A stretch of 64,000 bases of DNA from Spirochaetaceae bacterium. GTDB taxonomy: Bacteria; Spirochaetota; Spirochaetia; DSM-2461. The notes under the pieces are model-generated. The model saw only the letters and a list, made by a program, of their open reading frames with translations. It searched no databases and had not been told where the DNA came from. Of this stretch, positions 18,619 to 29,586 are shown piece after piece. Where the stretch lies: contig JAOPTT010000003.1 in the NCBI GenBank assembly GCA_051531975.1, forward strand, positions 192,001 to 256,000. Reading direction: 5' to 3'. The translations under genes were made by a program, and so were the position numbers. Numbering within the stretch: the first letter of the stretch is position 1; every line of letters starts with the position of its first letter.

Positions 18619-21600
18619 TTATTCAATACCTTCAATTTTTATCTTTAGAGTTTTAATCTCATATGGTCTAAAACTTAATTGGATAATTTTATCAAAATGT
18701 TCATCGGCAATCGGTATCTCTTTCATATCTACTTCCTGCCAGCTAGTTATAGTGAAAGGACTTGTTATTTCTGCTTTACCACTACCACCAATTGATTCAT
18801 GAAGCCTAATAATTATAGATGAAGAGTCTTCAGCTTTTTTTATGGAATCTATAAGTATTCCAGAGCCCTGCAGATCAATAACCTGACCTGATTTTTTAGA
18901 AAAACTCCCGGTCATTACTGTTAATGGATCATTTAGTTGCCATGCTGCTTTTATTGTTCCACCAGTATCCCAGTCCCCTTTATGAGGAAGTAGAGAATAA
19001 GTAAATTTTTGAATACCCTTATCCCCTTCCGTATCAGGAAAAATTGGTGATTTTAAAAGTGATAGTCTCATAATATTATCGTGTATATCATATCCATATT
19101 TACTATCGTTAAGCAGACTTACTCCATAATCTCTCTGGGACAAATCTGCCCACTGATGAGCACAAACTTCGAAGCGACTTAAATCCCAACTTGTATTCCA
19201 ATGGGTAGGTCTCTTAATATTTCCAAACTGCATATCATAGGTAGCATCTAGAGCTCGAATATCAACTGGAAATGCAACTTTAAGTAATTTTCTTGTTTCC
19301 TGCCAATCCACTTGTGTTTCAAAATCAATACGTTTTGAATCCCTGTAAAAATGAATATTCTGCTCTATTATTGAAAGGTTGTATTTCCACTTAAAGCTAA
19401 CAGTGCATCTAAGTGAACCATCAACAGAGAAAGTTGAACTAATTAGTTCATCTACAATGTTATGTTTTCCCTGATAGTAGAGTTCAAGACCCCATGCATC
19501 TTTACCGTGCATTGGTCTATCATCAAAAACTTGAAGCTCATTTCCATAAGAATCTTTAGTAAGAACCTCTCTCTTGTTCTCTTTATCGTATATTTTTTCT
19601 ATCTGCCCTGTTTTATTCCAAGTAATTAGATAAAAAGGAGTGTTTAAACTGCTATTTCCATAGTTAAAAACAGTGGGAATGGGGTTTGTTTTACCCATAT
19701 TATTTGACGTTGGAGATATTGTAATCCAACCCATAGAAGGTATGTTTTCTATAAATATTAACCAGTTTGATCCAGTTTTAACAGCCTGTAGTGGTCTATT
19801 CATCTGATCCTGCCATGCCTCTATATTATCTTTAGAGGAGATAGAAATGATTTCACTAGATTCTGAAGATCCTGAATTGAATACTGTATAGGTATCAGAA
19901 TTGGCCTTTAACATTGGTAAAGAGATATCCTGAATTTCTGATAATCCTCTGAAAACAGATTCATATTCAAGTTGGCTATCGTCATAAACTTCTTTAATTG
20001 ATGTACCTGGAATAATATCATGGAACTGATTTCTTAATACTATTTTCCAGAGTTCATTTATTTTTTCCTGTTTATAAAGTTTCCAATCATTTTGTAACAG
20101 TACCGATGTTACACTGAGGATCTCAGTCCGTCGTAATCCAAGTTCAGTTTTTCGGTTATTTAGTTTAGTTTTTGCTTGGCTGGTATAAGTACCTCTATGT
20201 TTTTCCAGGTATAATTCTCCATCCCAAACCGGAACCTTCTGATCGCTCTCTTCTATTGTCTTTTGTAGTTTTGAAAAATAATTTTTAGAGCTTTCGAATT
20301 TTACTTTAGGTAGACCTGGCATTTTATCTGCCCGTTTAATTCTCTCTATCATTTCCCTAGTTGGTCCACCACCACCATCACCATATCCAAAACAAACCAG
20401 AAGATTCTGATTTAGTCTTTTCTGGCGATATGCGTTCCATACACCAATTAGGCTTGCTGGATCTGTATCAGCATTATATGTATAGATGTTGTTATTTGAC
20501 ATTGGTGTTGTAATCATATGAGCCAGAACTTCTGATCCATCAAATCCTCTCCAATTAAACGTATCATTTGGGAAGCGATTATATTGATTCCAACTGATTT
20601 TTGTTGTCATGAATGTATCTATTCCAAACTGTTTCATTATTTGAGGTAACGCTCCAGTAAACCCAAAAACATCAGGTAGCCATAGAGATGAGCAGTTTAT
20701 TCCAAATTCATGTTGAAAGAACCGAGTACCAAAGAGCATTTGTCTAACAAGAGACTCTCCACTAACAAGGTTACAGTCAGATTCCAGCCACATAACACCA
20801 TCGGGCTCCCACTGCCCCTGTTTTACTCGGTCTTTTATCTGACCATATATCTCTGGATTATCCTCTTTAAGATATTCGTATAACTGGGGTTGGGTCTGCA
20901 AAAAAACATATTCAGGATATCGATCCATCAACCTGAGGGCAGTTGAAAATGTTCTAACTGATTTTTCTCTAGTATGACGTAATCTCCATAACCAGGCCAC
21001 GTCAATATGGGCATGGCCAATACATGAAATAGTTGGGGCATTAGTTTTATCGGTGTTTTCGATTCCTTTTTTGAAAAGATTTCCCGCTTTTATTACCGAG
21101 TCATAAAACGAAGATGAACCAGGTTCTGACCAGTCTAAAAGAAGAAATGAGCGCTCTAATAAATTCAGAATAAAATTGTATTCTGTTTGGTTTTCATTAA
21201 GGGCTTCAATTGTTTCAATTGCTGTTAAATACCAATAATAAAGATCATCTGTATCTGGATCTAACCATGCCAGGGACGCCTCATTTATTTTATGTTCCTG
21301 AGAGATATGTGGTCCGCCACCTTCTAATCCTGACCAAAGAAGAAATAGAAACTCTCTGTTTTCACCGGGATTAACAACATCTGATAAAAAAACCTCTTTA
21401 TGATTCTGATCTACACCCTGAAATGATCTGTTATCAATCATTAATAGTGATTCAAAACCAGAATTAGAACCATCACCGGTATTTCCAAAATCAAAAATAC
21501 CGAGAGTATCTTTGTTCTCCCATCCTTTGGGAATTTTTATGTTCATTTTTAGCCAGGCATAAACATCCCGGCCTTCCCATTTAAATCCTGTAGTTATTTC

Positions 21601-21756
21601 ATTCCATCTGTTATCAGAGGCTGGGCTAGGTTCTTTCGTTCCTGCTAACTGGAATGAAATATTATCTATTTGAAACCGATCCCTATATCGCCATAATGCC
21701 AACTCTTCTAATCTTAACTTTATCTGTTCTATAGTAAAATATTCATCGTATATCAT
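18619..21756 (-). CDS. GH38 alpha-mannosidase
   Basis: GHAHIDVAWLW, WLPDVFG, GYGDGGGGP, ELYLEKHRGTYT, NQFHDIIPG. Start set to MIYDEY (ATGA overlap with the upstream SDR stop). Confidence 0.93.
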   Translation of the reverse strand: MIYDEYFTIEQIKLRLEELALWRYRDRFQIDNISFQLAGTKEPSPASDNRWNEITTGFKWEGRDVYAWLKMNIKIPKGWENKDTLGIFDFGNTGDGSNSGFESLLMIDNRSFQGVDQNHKEVFLSDVVNPGENREFLFLLWSGLEGGGPHISQEHKINEASLAWLDPDTDDLYYWYLTAIETIEALNENQTEYNFILNLLERSFLLLDWSEPGSSSFYDSVIKAGNLFKKGIENTDKTNAPTISCIGHAHIDVAWLWRLRHTREKSVRTFSTALRLMDRYPEYVFLQTQPQLYEYLKEDNPEIYGQIKDRVKQGQWEPDGVMWLESDCNLVSGESLVRQMLFGTRFFQHEFGINCSSLWLPDVFGFTGALPQIMKQFGIDTFMTTKISWNQYNRFPNDTFNWRGFDGSEVLAHMITTPMSNNNIYTYNADTDPASLIGVWNAYRQKRLNQNLLVCFGYGDGGGGPTREMIERIKRADKMPGLPKVKFESSKNYFSKLQKTIEESDQKVPVWDGELYLEKHRGTYTSQAKTKLNNRKTELGLRRTEILSVTSVLLQNDWKLYKQEKINELWKIVLRNQFHDIIPGTSIKEVYDDSQLEYESVFRGLSEIQDISLPMLKANSDTYTVFNSGSSESSEIISISSKDNIEAWQDQMNRPLQAVKTGSNWLIFIENIPSMGWITISPTSNNMGKTNPIPTVFNYGNSSLNTPFYLITWNKTGQIEKIYDKENKREVLTKDSYGNELQVFDDRPMHGKDAWGLELYYQGKHNIVDELISSTFSVDGSLRCTVSFKWKYNLSIIEQNIHFYRDSKRIDFETQVDWQETRKLLKVAFPVDIRALDATYDMQFGNIKRPTHWNTSWDLSRFEVCAHQWADLSQRDYGVSLLNDSKYGYDIHDNIMRLSLLKSPIFPDTEGDKGIQKFTYSLLPHKGDWDTGGTIKAAWQLNDPLTVMTGSFSKKSGQVIDLQGSGILIDSIKKAEDSSSIIIRLHESIGGSGKAEITSPFTITSWQEVDMKEIPIADEHFDKIIQLSFRPYEIKTLKIKIEGIE

Positions 21757-22514
21757 AGACCAGGCATCACATTCCCACCACACACCGGCAGATAAACCCC
21801 TGTAATAAATGAAGCCATATCAGAAGCGAGAAAACAGATAGCATTTGCGATCTCTTGATCTTCTCCCCTATGGCCAAGTGGTACATTTTTAATATAATGG
21901 GCGTCGTCGGCTGGTTTTTCACGATACTGATCACTTATCATCCATCCAGGAGCAACCTGGTTTACAGTTATTCCATGTTCACCAATTTCCTTAGCCAAAA
22001 CCCGTAAAAGTCGATCCTGTCCACCTTTTCCGGAAATATACGCTGATTGATTAGGCTGACACTGCATTGTACATTCAGTATTTGTAGCTATAACCCTACC
22101 GTATTTCTTTTTGATCATATCCGGTACAAATGCCTTGGTCATAAATAGATTATGCAATACGCTTGTCTTGAATTGACTTTCATAATCTGCTGGATCCTGT
22201 TCCAATACATGTTTCCAATCATATTGTTGTACTGCATTGTTGATTATTATATCTGCTGGACCAAATTCTGCTGTAACTTTATCACGCATTGCAAAAACAG
22301 AATCTTTATCACTGACATCTGCCTGAACAACTATAGCCCGACCACCAGCTGCGATTATTTCATCTGCTATAATCTGGGCTTTATCTTTACTTTTATAATA
22401 ATGAAGGGCAACTGATGCACCTGCGTCTGCGAGGGTTCGGCTAATTACCCGGCCTAGTTCTCCACTTGCACCGGTTACAACTGCAATCTTCCCTGTTAAA
22501 TCTAATTTAATCAT
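21753..22514 (-). CDS. SDR-family oxidoreductase
   Basis: TGASGELG, NNA, YISGK, VNQVAPG. Confidence 0.88.
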   Translation of the reverse strand: MIKLDLTGKIAVVTGASGELGRVISRTLADAGASVALHYYKSKDKAQIIADEIIAAGGRAIVVQADVSDKDSVFAMRDKVTAEFGPADIIINNAVQQYDWKHVLEQDPADYESQFKTSVLHNLFMTKAFVPDMIKKKYGRVIATNTECTMQCQPNQSAYISGKGGQDRLLRVLAKEIGEHGITVNQVAPGWMISDQYREKPADDAHYIKNVPLGHRGEDQEIANAICFLASDMASFITGVYLPVCGGNVMPGL

Positions 22515-23953
22515 TTATTGTTTGTCCTTTCAAATATGTTTTTATAATATTCAATAGTGGATTCTCTTCTATCCTTATCAGCTGTATCAATTGTCTCATT
22601 TAAATAGGCTATCTGGTTTCCATGAAAATCCTTACCCTGCCAGGAATGAAGGGCATTTATATGTTCTTTGATAATTCCTTGTAGGTCTTTATTATTAGAA
22701 AGATCATGGATCTCGTTGTCATCGTTTTTCAGATCAAAAAACAGCGGGATTTTATTGTCGTTATTCCACAGAAGTTTATAATTTTCACTTCTAACCATTG
22801 TCATTTTTCCATTATTAGAATGTGCAAAAACGTATTGGTTTTTGTGATTTAGAGATTTATTGAAACTTTTATGGCGAATATTACATTCTTTTAAAATTTC
22901 TGATGCAATAATATCATTACTGCTTAGTATCGAATTCTTTAACGGTTTCTTCTGGTTTACAGATTTAATGCACAGGGGAATTCTCATTAAAGGGTCATAC
23001 ATATGATTAGATTTTAGAAGAAGATGATGATACCCTACATAACTTCCGTGATCCGAGGTTAAAATAATCGTAGTATTATCATATATCTCTTTCTTTTTTA
23101 GTATCTGCACAAACTTTCCAATATAGGAATCAATTTCTGATATACAACCATAATAAGCGGCCTGAACAGTCTTTAGAGCTTCTTTATTAAGTGATCTGTT
23201 ATCAAAATATCCCTTGTCATAATCTAAATCTCTAGGCAGACAACTTTCTGTCCAACCGTCTAGAATCTCCATATCTGAGGGATTATACATTGTGCTCCAG
23301 GGTGCAGGAGGATCAAAAGGATGGTGGGGTTTTACAAATCCAACCATCAGACATTCTGAATGGACATTCCAGTTTTCTAATTTCTCTATAGCCTTTTGGG
23401 CAATCCAACCCGAGGATGCCAATTCTGCTTCCAGATTATTCTCTTTTGTTCCAAATGTAGACCAATAGGAATCATCTGCCTTTTCACGGTATTCAGACCT
23501 TTGATCCATAATATCCAATAGATCAATTTTTCCTTTGGACATCAGGTCTTTGTGATAATCATCATCCCATCTGCCCTGCCCATCCTGTTCACATAAAATC
23601 ATCTCGTCAAATCCTACATCGAGATATGTTGGTGTAAAATGCATCTTGCCTACAGCAGTTGTACGGTAAGCATTCTGCCTTAATAGTTTTGGCCAGGTTT
23701 GGATATCATCCTTAAGAGTACAACGATTATCCCATCCTTTATGGTCCTGGACATCAAGCCCGGACAAAAGAGAATAACGGGATGGAGTACAGACAGGATA
23801 TGAACAAAAGTGATTATCATAAACTGTGGAGTGCCTAGATAAGAGATCAATATTTGGTGTTTTTATCTGTCTGTTTCCATATATAGAAAGGCAGTCCCAT
23901 CTTAACTGATCAAGATGGATTAATAGAACATTAGGATTATTATTCATCCTCAA
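22511..23953 (-). CDS. Cys-type S1 sulfatase
   Basis: PNVLLIHLDQLR, CTPSR formylglycine motif, VGKMH, PHHPF, SDHG. Confidence 0.9.
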   Translation of the reverse strand: MRMNNNPNVLLIHLDQLRWDCLSIYGNRQIKTPNIDLLSRHSTVYDNHFCSYPVCTPSRYSLLSGLDVQDHKGWDNRCTLKDDIQTWPKLLRQNAYRTTAVGKMHFTPTYLDVGFDEMILCEQDGQGRWDDDYHKDLMSKGKIDLLDIMDQRSEYREKADDSYWSTFGTKENNLEAELASSGWIAQKAIEKLENWNVHSECLMVGFVKPHHPFDPPAPWSTMYNPSDMEILDGWTESCLPRDLDYDKGYFDNRSLNKEALKTVQAAYYGCISEIDSYIGKFVQILKKKEIYDNTTIILTSDHGSYVGYHHLLLKSNHMYDPLMRIPLCIKSVNQKKPLKNSILSSNDIIASEILKECNIRHKSFNKSLNHKNQYVFAHSNNGKMTMVRSENYKLLWNNDNKIPLFFDLKNDDNEIHDLSNNKDLQGIIKEHINALHSWQGKDFHGNQIAYLNETIDTADKDRRESTIEYYKNIFERTNNK

Positions 23954-25049
23954 TCTTCCTTGTTGAACTTCTTATTATCAATTCTGTAGGTAGTACAACT
24001 TTTTTTTCATTATGTTCTCCGGCAATATTTTCAATAAGTAGTTCAGCAGCTATTCGTCCCATACTATTAAAATCCTGAGCTACTGTAGTTAAAGGTATCT
24101 GCAGATGACTGGCAAGTTCAATATCATCATATCCAACGATTGATATTTGCCCTGGGATACTGAATCCCGCATTGATTGCAGCTCGCATAGATAAAGAAGC
24201 AACATAATCATTTATGCATACAACAGCTGTTACGTCCTGATTCATAAGTTCTTGGATAATCTCACCGTAACGGGCTGTAGTATCTTCTTTAGATATATCT
24301 TTAAGGAATCCCAGTTTTACAAAACTTTCGTCTATAACAATATCATTATCCTTAAGTGCTCTGCAGTATCCAAAATAACGGTGTCTAATGGAATGGGCAC
24401 TTTCGATTGTTTCATCACTAATAAAAGCTATCTTTTTATGCCCTAAATCAATAAGATGTTTAGTTGCGATACAGGAACTTTTCATATTGTCAGAGACAAC
24501 TGAGCTTATTGGTATACACTCAAAATATTTATCAATGGTTACTATAGGGAAATTGTTCATATATAATTTATTTATCATTTCAAAATTACGAAAGTCCGAT
24601 TGGGGATAATATATGATTCCTCTGGTTCCATCCTCATAGAGCTGGTTTAAAATTTTCTTTTCAGAATCAAGATCGCTCTGAATACTATGTATCGTAAGTG
24701 TACAGTTATTCTTATTTAAAACTTCAGAGGCACCTTTAATAATATTTATAGCCCCACCCTGAGACTCTTCAAATGGTAAAACTATTGCTATCCGATTGGT
24801 TTCACTATTAGTAGATGAATCATTTTTTGTATCAGAACCGATATTTGCAACAAAACTACCACTTCCCTGGATACGATAGATAAAACCCTGTAACCTCAGC
24901 TCTTCTAAGGCTCTTTTGGAAGTTATACGGCTTACATTAAATTTTTCAGCTAGGTCTACTTCTGTAGGAAGTTTATCATCCTCTTTGAGTTCCCCTTTTT
25001 TTATCGAGTCTTTTATCTGATTTACAATTTTTTCATATAATTTAGCCAT
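23940..25049 (-). CDS. GntR-HTH / LacI-type sugar-binding hybrid repressor (AraR-like)
   Basis: KLPTE..LAEKFNVSRIT..GSGSFV at the N-terminus; LacI-type C-terminal domain (ATKHLIDLGHKKIAF, CINDYVA, ISIVGYDD, PLTTV). Confidence 0.9.
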   Translation of the reverse strand: MAKLYEKIVNQIKDSIKKGELKEDDKLPTEVDLAEKFNVSRITSKRALEELRLQGFIYRIQGSGSFVANIGSDTKNDSSTNSETNRIAIVLPFEESQGGAINIIKGASEVLNKNNCTLTIHSIQSDLDSEKKILNQLYEDGTRGIIYYPQSDFRNFEMINKLYMNNFPIVTIDKYFECIPISSVVSDNMKSSCIATKHLIDLGHKKIAFISDETIESAHSIRHRYFGYCRALKDNDIVIDESFVKLGFLKDISKEDTTARYGEIIQELMNQDVTAVVCINDYVASLSMRAAINAGFSIPGQISIVGYDDIELASHLQIPLTTVAQDFNSMGRIAAELLIENIAGEHNEKKVVLPTELIIRSSTRKIEDE

Positions 25050-25115
25050 TACAATTTTTCTCCAATTAAATTAAGCATATAAATTGATGTCATGCTTAAG
25101 TACCACCTTATATTT

Positions 25116-27839
25116 TTATCTTATTGCCAGGGTAAAAATTTCCTTACCCATAATTTGAATCTGTTCTGATTCCCTGTTATTAAAACCAATTGATCCTATC
25201 TCTTTTTCATCGAGACTAACTTCTTTGAGTTCTGAAATGTTCTTAAAATAACTTATTGAAAATCTGTTTATCTCATCTGATGTATTATACAATCTGACTA
25301 TTAAACAGTTATCGACCTCAGCCCTTTTAATAGCGGAGATTACAACTTTTTTGCCGTTTATATTTAGAAAATTCTCTTCTCTATCCAACTGAATTTTTGG
25401 ATATTTATCTTCCCGATAAAAAACTTCAGCTATGCTGGAATCTTGAACGGCAACCCTACCACCTGAAAACTTCTTTAAATCAACGGGCAAAAAACTAGAC
25501 AATAAAGGTGTCTGATATTCTTTATAAATTTTTGTTATTTCCGATGATGTACAGTTCCCCTGATAAGGCATAATTGCCATGGAGGTGTTTATTGTTCTTA
25601 AACATTGATTCCCAGGGACTTTCCACTGCTCTCCCAAAGCTCCAATACTTATTTTACCGTTAGCTCTTAATAGTGTTAAAGCGATAAAACCATCGTTTTC
25701 TGTTAAATGTTCATATTCATATAGACCTTTATTAAACAGAGCAATTCCCTCTTTTTCATTATCAATACAGACAAATCCTGAATTGGGCTGAGTCCCATTT
25801 TTGATACCATTAAAAACATCTCTTCTATCCCGTCTAATAATGTCAAAAGGTGTTGACGCACTGGTAAAATCTGTTTTTATACCTGTATTTATAAGGGCTC
25901 TTAGTCTGTGATTTTCCGACCTATTATCGATAGAGAAATCTATAAATAACATAGGCTGTTCACTATCGATAGAAAATTTAATGTCCACTCTGTTTAGTAC
26001 AAAATCTTCACTTCTTTTATGAGAAATATGGTTATATCCCTCAGGTAGGCATAAATTATACCTCAATGTAAAACTTGAATAAAATTGATTATTTATCCGC
26101 TCTATAATTTTAGGTTTCAAATCCATGGAAGAGTATGTTCTTGAATTTTTTGACTTTAAATAAACATATGAATCACCACAATCTTCAGTATCTTCAAGGC
26201 TTATTATATCTTTATATATTTTACCTGTTTCTTTAAAAACTAGATCTGTTTTCCCGTCAGAATTTATAGTGATTTTAATATAGCTGTTTTCCATTTCAAA
26301 AGGTAATTGATTATTTTCTATATTATTAGTTATATTTCCGGCTGTTTTTTTGGTCTTTTTGGTTTTTTTGACAATATAAGTGCTGAAACCTGCTGGTGGA
26401 ATATCTTGAACCTTCATTAATACTTCATAAAAATCAACTTCTTTTGTACCTGGCAGATTAATAGGGGTAAACATATTCATATGTTTTTTCCCTTTATCTA
26501 AAATAGAGTATGGTATAACTATATTCTCTGAATTTAAGATTTCAAAATTTGATACATTCTCTTCTACAGGAAATATAAGATCAACTTTAATAATACCGGA
26601 TCTAAAACTCTCCACTGTATTAAAAATAGAGATCAGGTAATCTTTATTAGCAAGATTTTCTCTGTTTATTTTAGTCATGAGAAACTGTTTCGCCCTGTTT
26701 CCCAAATCCTCTGCTTGTAGAAAAAACCTTTTATATCGATCTTCCATAGCCTCATGAACTTCATCAATACTACACCCACAAATACTATCATGGGGATGAT
26801 TTTTTATTAAACTTTTCCATAGATGTCTAATGAAATCCATAGGGTATTCTTTATGTGCTCCGGCAATCCATATCATGGAATATAGAGGCTCTAGAATATT
26901 TTCCATAAAATTTTGAGCTCTGGAATTCAAAACCTTCAAATAGACTCTAGAAGACAGGGTTCCCTGAAGAATCCTTTTATCTTTCCCGTGTCTCAGCTCT
27001 CCTGTATATGTTTCTAGAACTATATTATCTTCTACAATGAAATTTCGAACATTATTCAAATACTCATCCATTGCAATTTGTTTTATCATTTTTTGAGATG
27101 GAAGATTACTGTTTACTTCATCTAATATAGGAAGAAGGTCTTCTTGTGCTTCTAGGTGATCTACTCCATTCATTAACAAAAGGTAGGGGGTTGTAGCAAT
27201 ATCTTGGAAACTCTTCTCAATCACTTCAGCTAATTTTAAGGATTTAAAAGGATCCCCTGAAAACCTCTGTGCATTATTATACCAATGAGGAATGTGAATT
27301 GCCAGGATTTCTGAACCATCTGGTCCTGACCACTTAAATTCGGAATTTCGATAAATGAAATCCAGGTTCCCTGTTTCCTCTTCAAAAAAATCATAACCTC
27401 GCCCAAAGATGCAATCCTCAATTCCAAATCCTTTAAAGATCTGTGGAAGTTGAGAAATTAAACCAAATTGATCCGGCATATACCCTGTATATGTACACTT
27501 TCCTGCTTCTTTTGCTTGAGAAATACCAAGTAATAGGTTTCTAATAGTTGATTCACCACTGGTAAGATAAAAATCATTCTGAACATACCAGGGACCTAAG
27601 AGGATTCTTCCCTGTTTAATATGTGCATAAAGCTTTTCCTTGTTATACGGTTTTATTTCAAGATAATCTTCCAGGACTATTGTCTGGGCATCTAAATGAA
27701 AAATATACAGGGGATCTTCATCTAATATTTCTAGAAGATTATCAATTAGTTGTACCAATTTAATCTGAAAGTTTTCAAAACTCAGATACCACTCTCTATC
27801 CCAATGTGTATGTGATATTACACAAAATGATTTTTCCAT
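25116..27839 (-). CDS. GH38 alpha-mannosidase (MngB-like subtype)
   Basis: SHTHWDREWY, GPWYVQND, PDQFG, MNGVDH, HPHDSICGCS. Confidence 0.92.
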   Translation of the reverse strand: MEKSFCVISHTHWDREWYLSFENFQIKLVQLIDNLLEILDEDPLYIFHLDAQTIVLEDYLEIKPYNKEKLYAHIKQGRILLGPWYVQNDFYLTSGESTIRNLLLGISQAKEAGKCTYTGYMPDQFGLISQLPQIFKGFGIEDCIFGRGYDFFEEETGNLDFIYRNSEFKWSGPDGSEILAIHIPHWYNNAQRFSGDPFKSLKLAEVIEKSFQDIATTPYLLLMNGVDHLEAQEDLLPILDEVNSNLPSQKMIKQIAMDEYLNNVRNFIVEDNIVLETYTGELRHGKDKRILQGTLSSRVYLKVLNSRAQNFMENILEPLYSMIWIAGAHKEYPMDFIRHLWKSLIKNHPHDSICGCSIDEVHEAMEDRYKRFFLQAEDLGNRAKQFLMTKINRENLANKDYLISIFNTVESFRSGIIKVDLIFPVEENVSNFEILNSENIVIPYSILDKGKKHMNMFTPINLPGTKEVDFYEVLMKVQDIPPAGFSTYIVKKTKKTKKTAGNITNNIENNQLPFEMENSYIKITINSDGKTDLVFKETGKIYKDIISLEDTEDCGDSYVYLKSKNSRTYSSMDLKPKIIERINNQFYSSFTLRYNLCLPEGYNHISHKRSEDFVLNRVDIKFSIDSEQPMLFIDFSIDNRSENHRLRALINTGIKTDFTSASTPFDIIRRDRRDVFNGIKNGTQPNSGFVCIDNEKEGIALFNKGLYEYEHLTENDGFIALTLLRANGKISIGALGEQWKVPGNQCLRTINTSMAIMPYQGNCTSSEITKIYKEYQTPLLSSFLPVDLKKFSGGRVAVQDSSIAEVFYREDKYPKIQLDREENFLNINGKKVVISAIKRAEVDNCLIVRLYNTSDEINRFSISYFKNISELKEVSLDEKEIGSIGFNNRESEQIQIMGKEIFTLAIR

Positions 27840-27872
27840 TTGAAGATTCCCTATTTCCTGTTTTTTTATAAA

Positions 27873-27909
27873 ATGAGGCCGGTATATTACTGGAATAAAC
27901 CGGCCTCAT
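27873..27909 (-). terminator. Intrinsic terminator/attenuator hairpin downstream of the SBP gene
   Basis: 11-bp stem ATGAGGCCGGT/ACCGGCCTCAT followed by a short T-tract on the minus strand; a second hairpin lies at about 27937-27989. Confidence 0.6.
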
Positions 27910-28007
27910 ATTGTAAAGTTCTATTATTATTTTTTTGTTTTCCCTAGATCCCCACCCTACCTAACTATTGTAGGGATTTTGGGGAAAACTTTAACCTAAT
28001 AAGGTTA

Positions 28008-29513
28008 TTATTTACTTGCATACCATGCAGCAAGTTGTCTGTTAGTCTCATCAAGTACTGTCTGAAGACCAGCATTATTTAACTGCTTTCTATACTCTTC
28101 AATATCAGTAACTGGATTAAGACCTAGAGCTAATCCACCAAACTCTGAAGCAACTGCATTCATCTGTGCAATTTCAGATTTAATAGGCTCTTGATCCCAT
28201 GGGAAACCAATACTTGGATTTGCTAAAGAATTAGAGTTTACATTCGCCCAATTTAGGTAATCTTCTGCATCAGGAGTTGCGCTCATATCCTGTCTTAAGT
28301 GATTTCTGTTAAAGATGTACCACCATAACATTTCGTAGTTTTTCTTTTCAGGAGTAATTTTCGCTATAGCACCATTCTTAATATCATAATGAGTACCTTC
28401 GATTCCATATGCCCATAACTCGTAATTTGCCTGTGAAGACATGATCCAGTTAACAAACTTAGCTGCAACTACAGGAGTTTTACTCTGAGTACTAATACAG
28501 AACCAGTTTCCACTTGCTCTCATTAAAACACCTTGTTCTTTCTTATCTAAACGAACCCAGTCAACTCCAAAAGTATCTTTAACCTGAGGATAGATAGACA
28601 TTGCGTAGTCATCTTTATCAGCACCTATAAATGCCATTCGACCAGAAACAAAGCTTGCACGTTTATCAGAAACTTCTTCAAACGTAACCAAGTTCATATC
28701 TTGAAGTTTTATAGCTGCTTTAACATCGTTTTCAAACTCTTTTGTAAACACTGCACTAAAAACTTCCGGTGCACCAGATTTATTAGGATCTAAATAAAGA
28801 CTAAGACCTGTATTAAGTTCACCCCATGTAGCTGTCGCTGTTCCTTCTTGACCAAACAGTACTGCAGGAGATAAAGGTAAAGATCCTTCTCTCTCAGCAT
28901 TAAGAACTAATACTTGTGGTTCATTTGCTTTTACAGTTTTACAGAACTCAAGAAATTCAGGACCTGTAGTTATGCCGTTTGGAGCATATTTTTCCATAAG
29001 ATCTGCACGAACTGCTAATGATCCTCTATCTGCACGCTTAACATAGTTATTTTCAAGTGCAGGTAGACCATAAATATCTGCTCCAACACTAACAGCACCC
29101 CAAATTGTATCGTTGATATTAGCTGGATCGCCAAAGAAAGACAGTTCAGGAATTATATCATTTAGAGGTATAAAAGCACCCTGAGCCTGCATTTCATAAA
29201 AGTTCAACCATGCTGGATCAAATACAAGATCCATATGTTCTTTGGCAGCAACCTTAAGAGCGATTTTAGTTTTGTAGTCGGAAAATGGAATAAACTCAAC
29301 AGTTAAATCCACAGGTCCAATTTCACCGGCAACTTCCGCTTCAATTTTTTCAATTACTAGATCAATATCTTTTGGCCTGTCTCCAGGTACGATTATATTA
29401 ATCGGTGTAACTTTCACAGCAGGTTCTGATGTTGCCTCTTCCTTATTTCCAGAAGCAAAAAGGACCGATGCTCCAACAGTCAGAACGACCAACAACGCTA
29501 AAAATTTTTTCAT
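28008..29513 (-). CDS. Carbohydrate ABC transporter substrate-binding protein
   Basis: Signal peptide MKKFLALL...FASGNKE, VRADLMEKY, YGIEGTHY, C-terminal DUF3502-like end. Start set after an AAGGAG RBS. Confidence 0.88.
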   Translation of the reverse strand: MKKFLALLVVLTVGASVLFASGNKEEATSEPAVKVTPINIIVPGDRPKDIDLVIEKIEAEVAGEIGPVDLTVEFIPFSDYKTKIALKVAAKEHMDLVFDPAWLNFYEMQAQGAFIPLNDIIPELSFFGDPANINDTIWGAVSVGADIYGLPALENNYVKRADRGSLAVRADLMEKYAPNGITTGPEFLEFCKTVKANEPQVLVLNAEREGSLPLSPAVLFGQEGTATATWGELNTGLSLYLDPNKSGAPEVFSAVFTKEFENDVKAAIKLQDMNLVTFEEVSDKRASFVSGRMAFIGADKDDYAMSIYPQVKDTFGVDWVRLDKKEQGVLMRASGNWFCISTQSKTPVVAAKFVNWIMSSQANYELWAYGIEGTHYDIKNGAIAKITPEKKNYEMLWWYIFNRNHLRQDMSATPDAEDYLNWANVNSNSLANPSIGFPWDQEPIKSEIAQMNAVASEFGGLALGLNPVTDIEEYRKQLNNAGLQTVLDETNRQLAAWYASK

Positions 29514-29586
29514 TTTAATCTCCTTGTGTAATAACACTTTCTATATATTAGCGAGTTTAAAACCCGCAATTATATGCTTAAATAAT

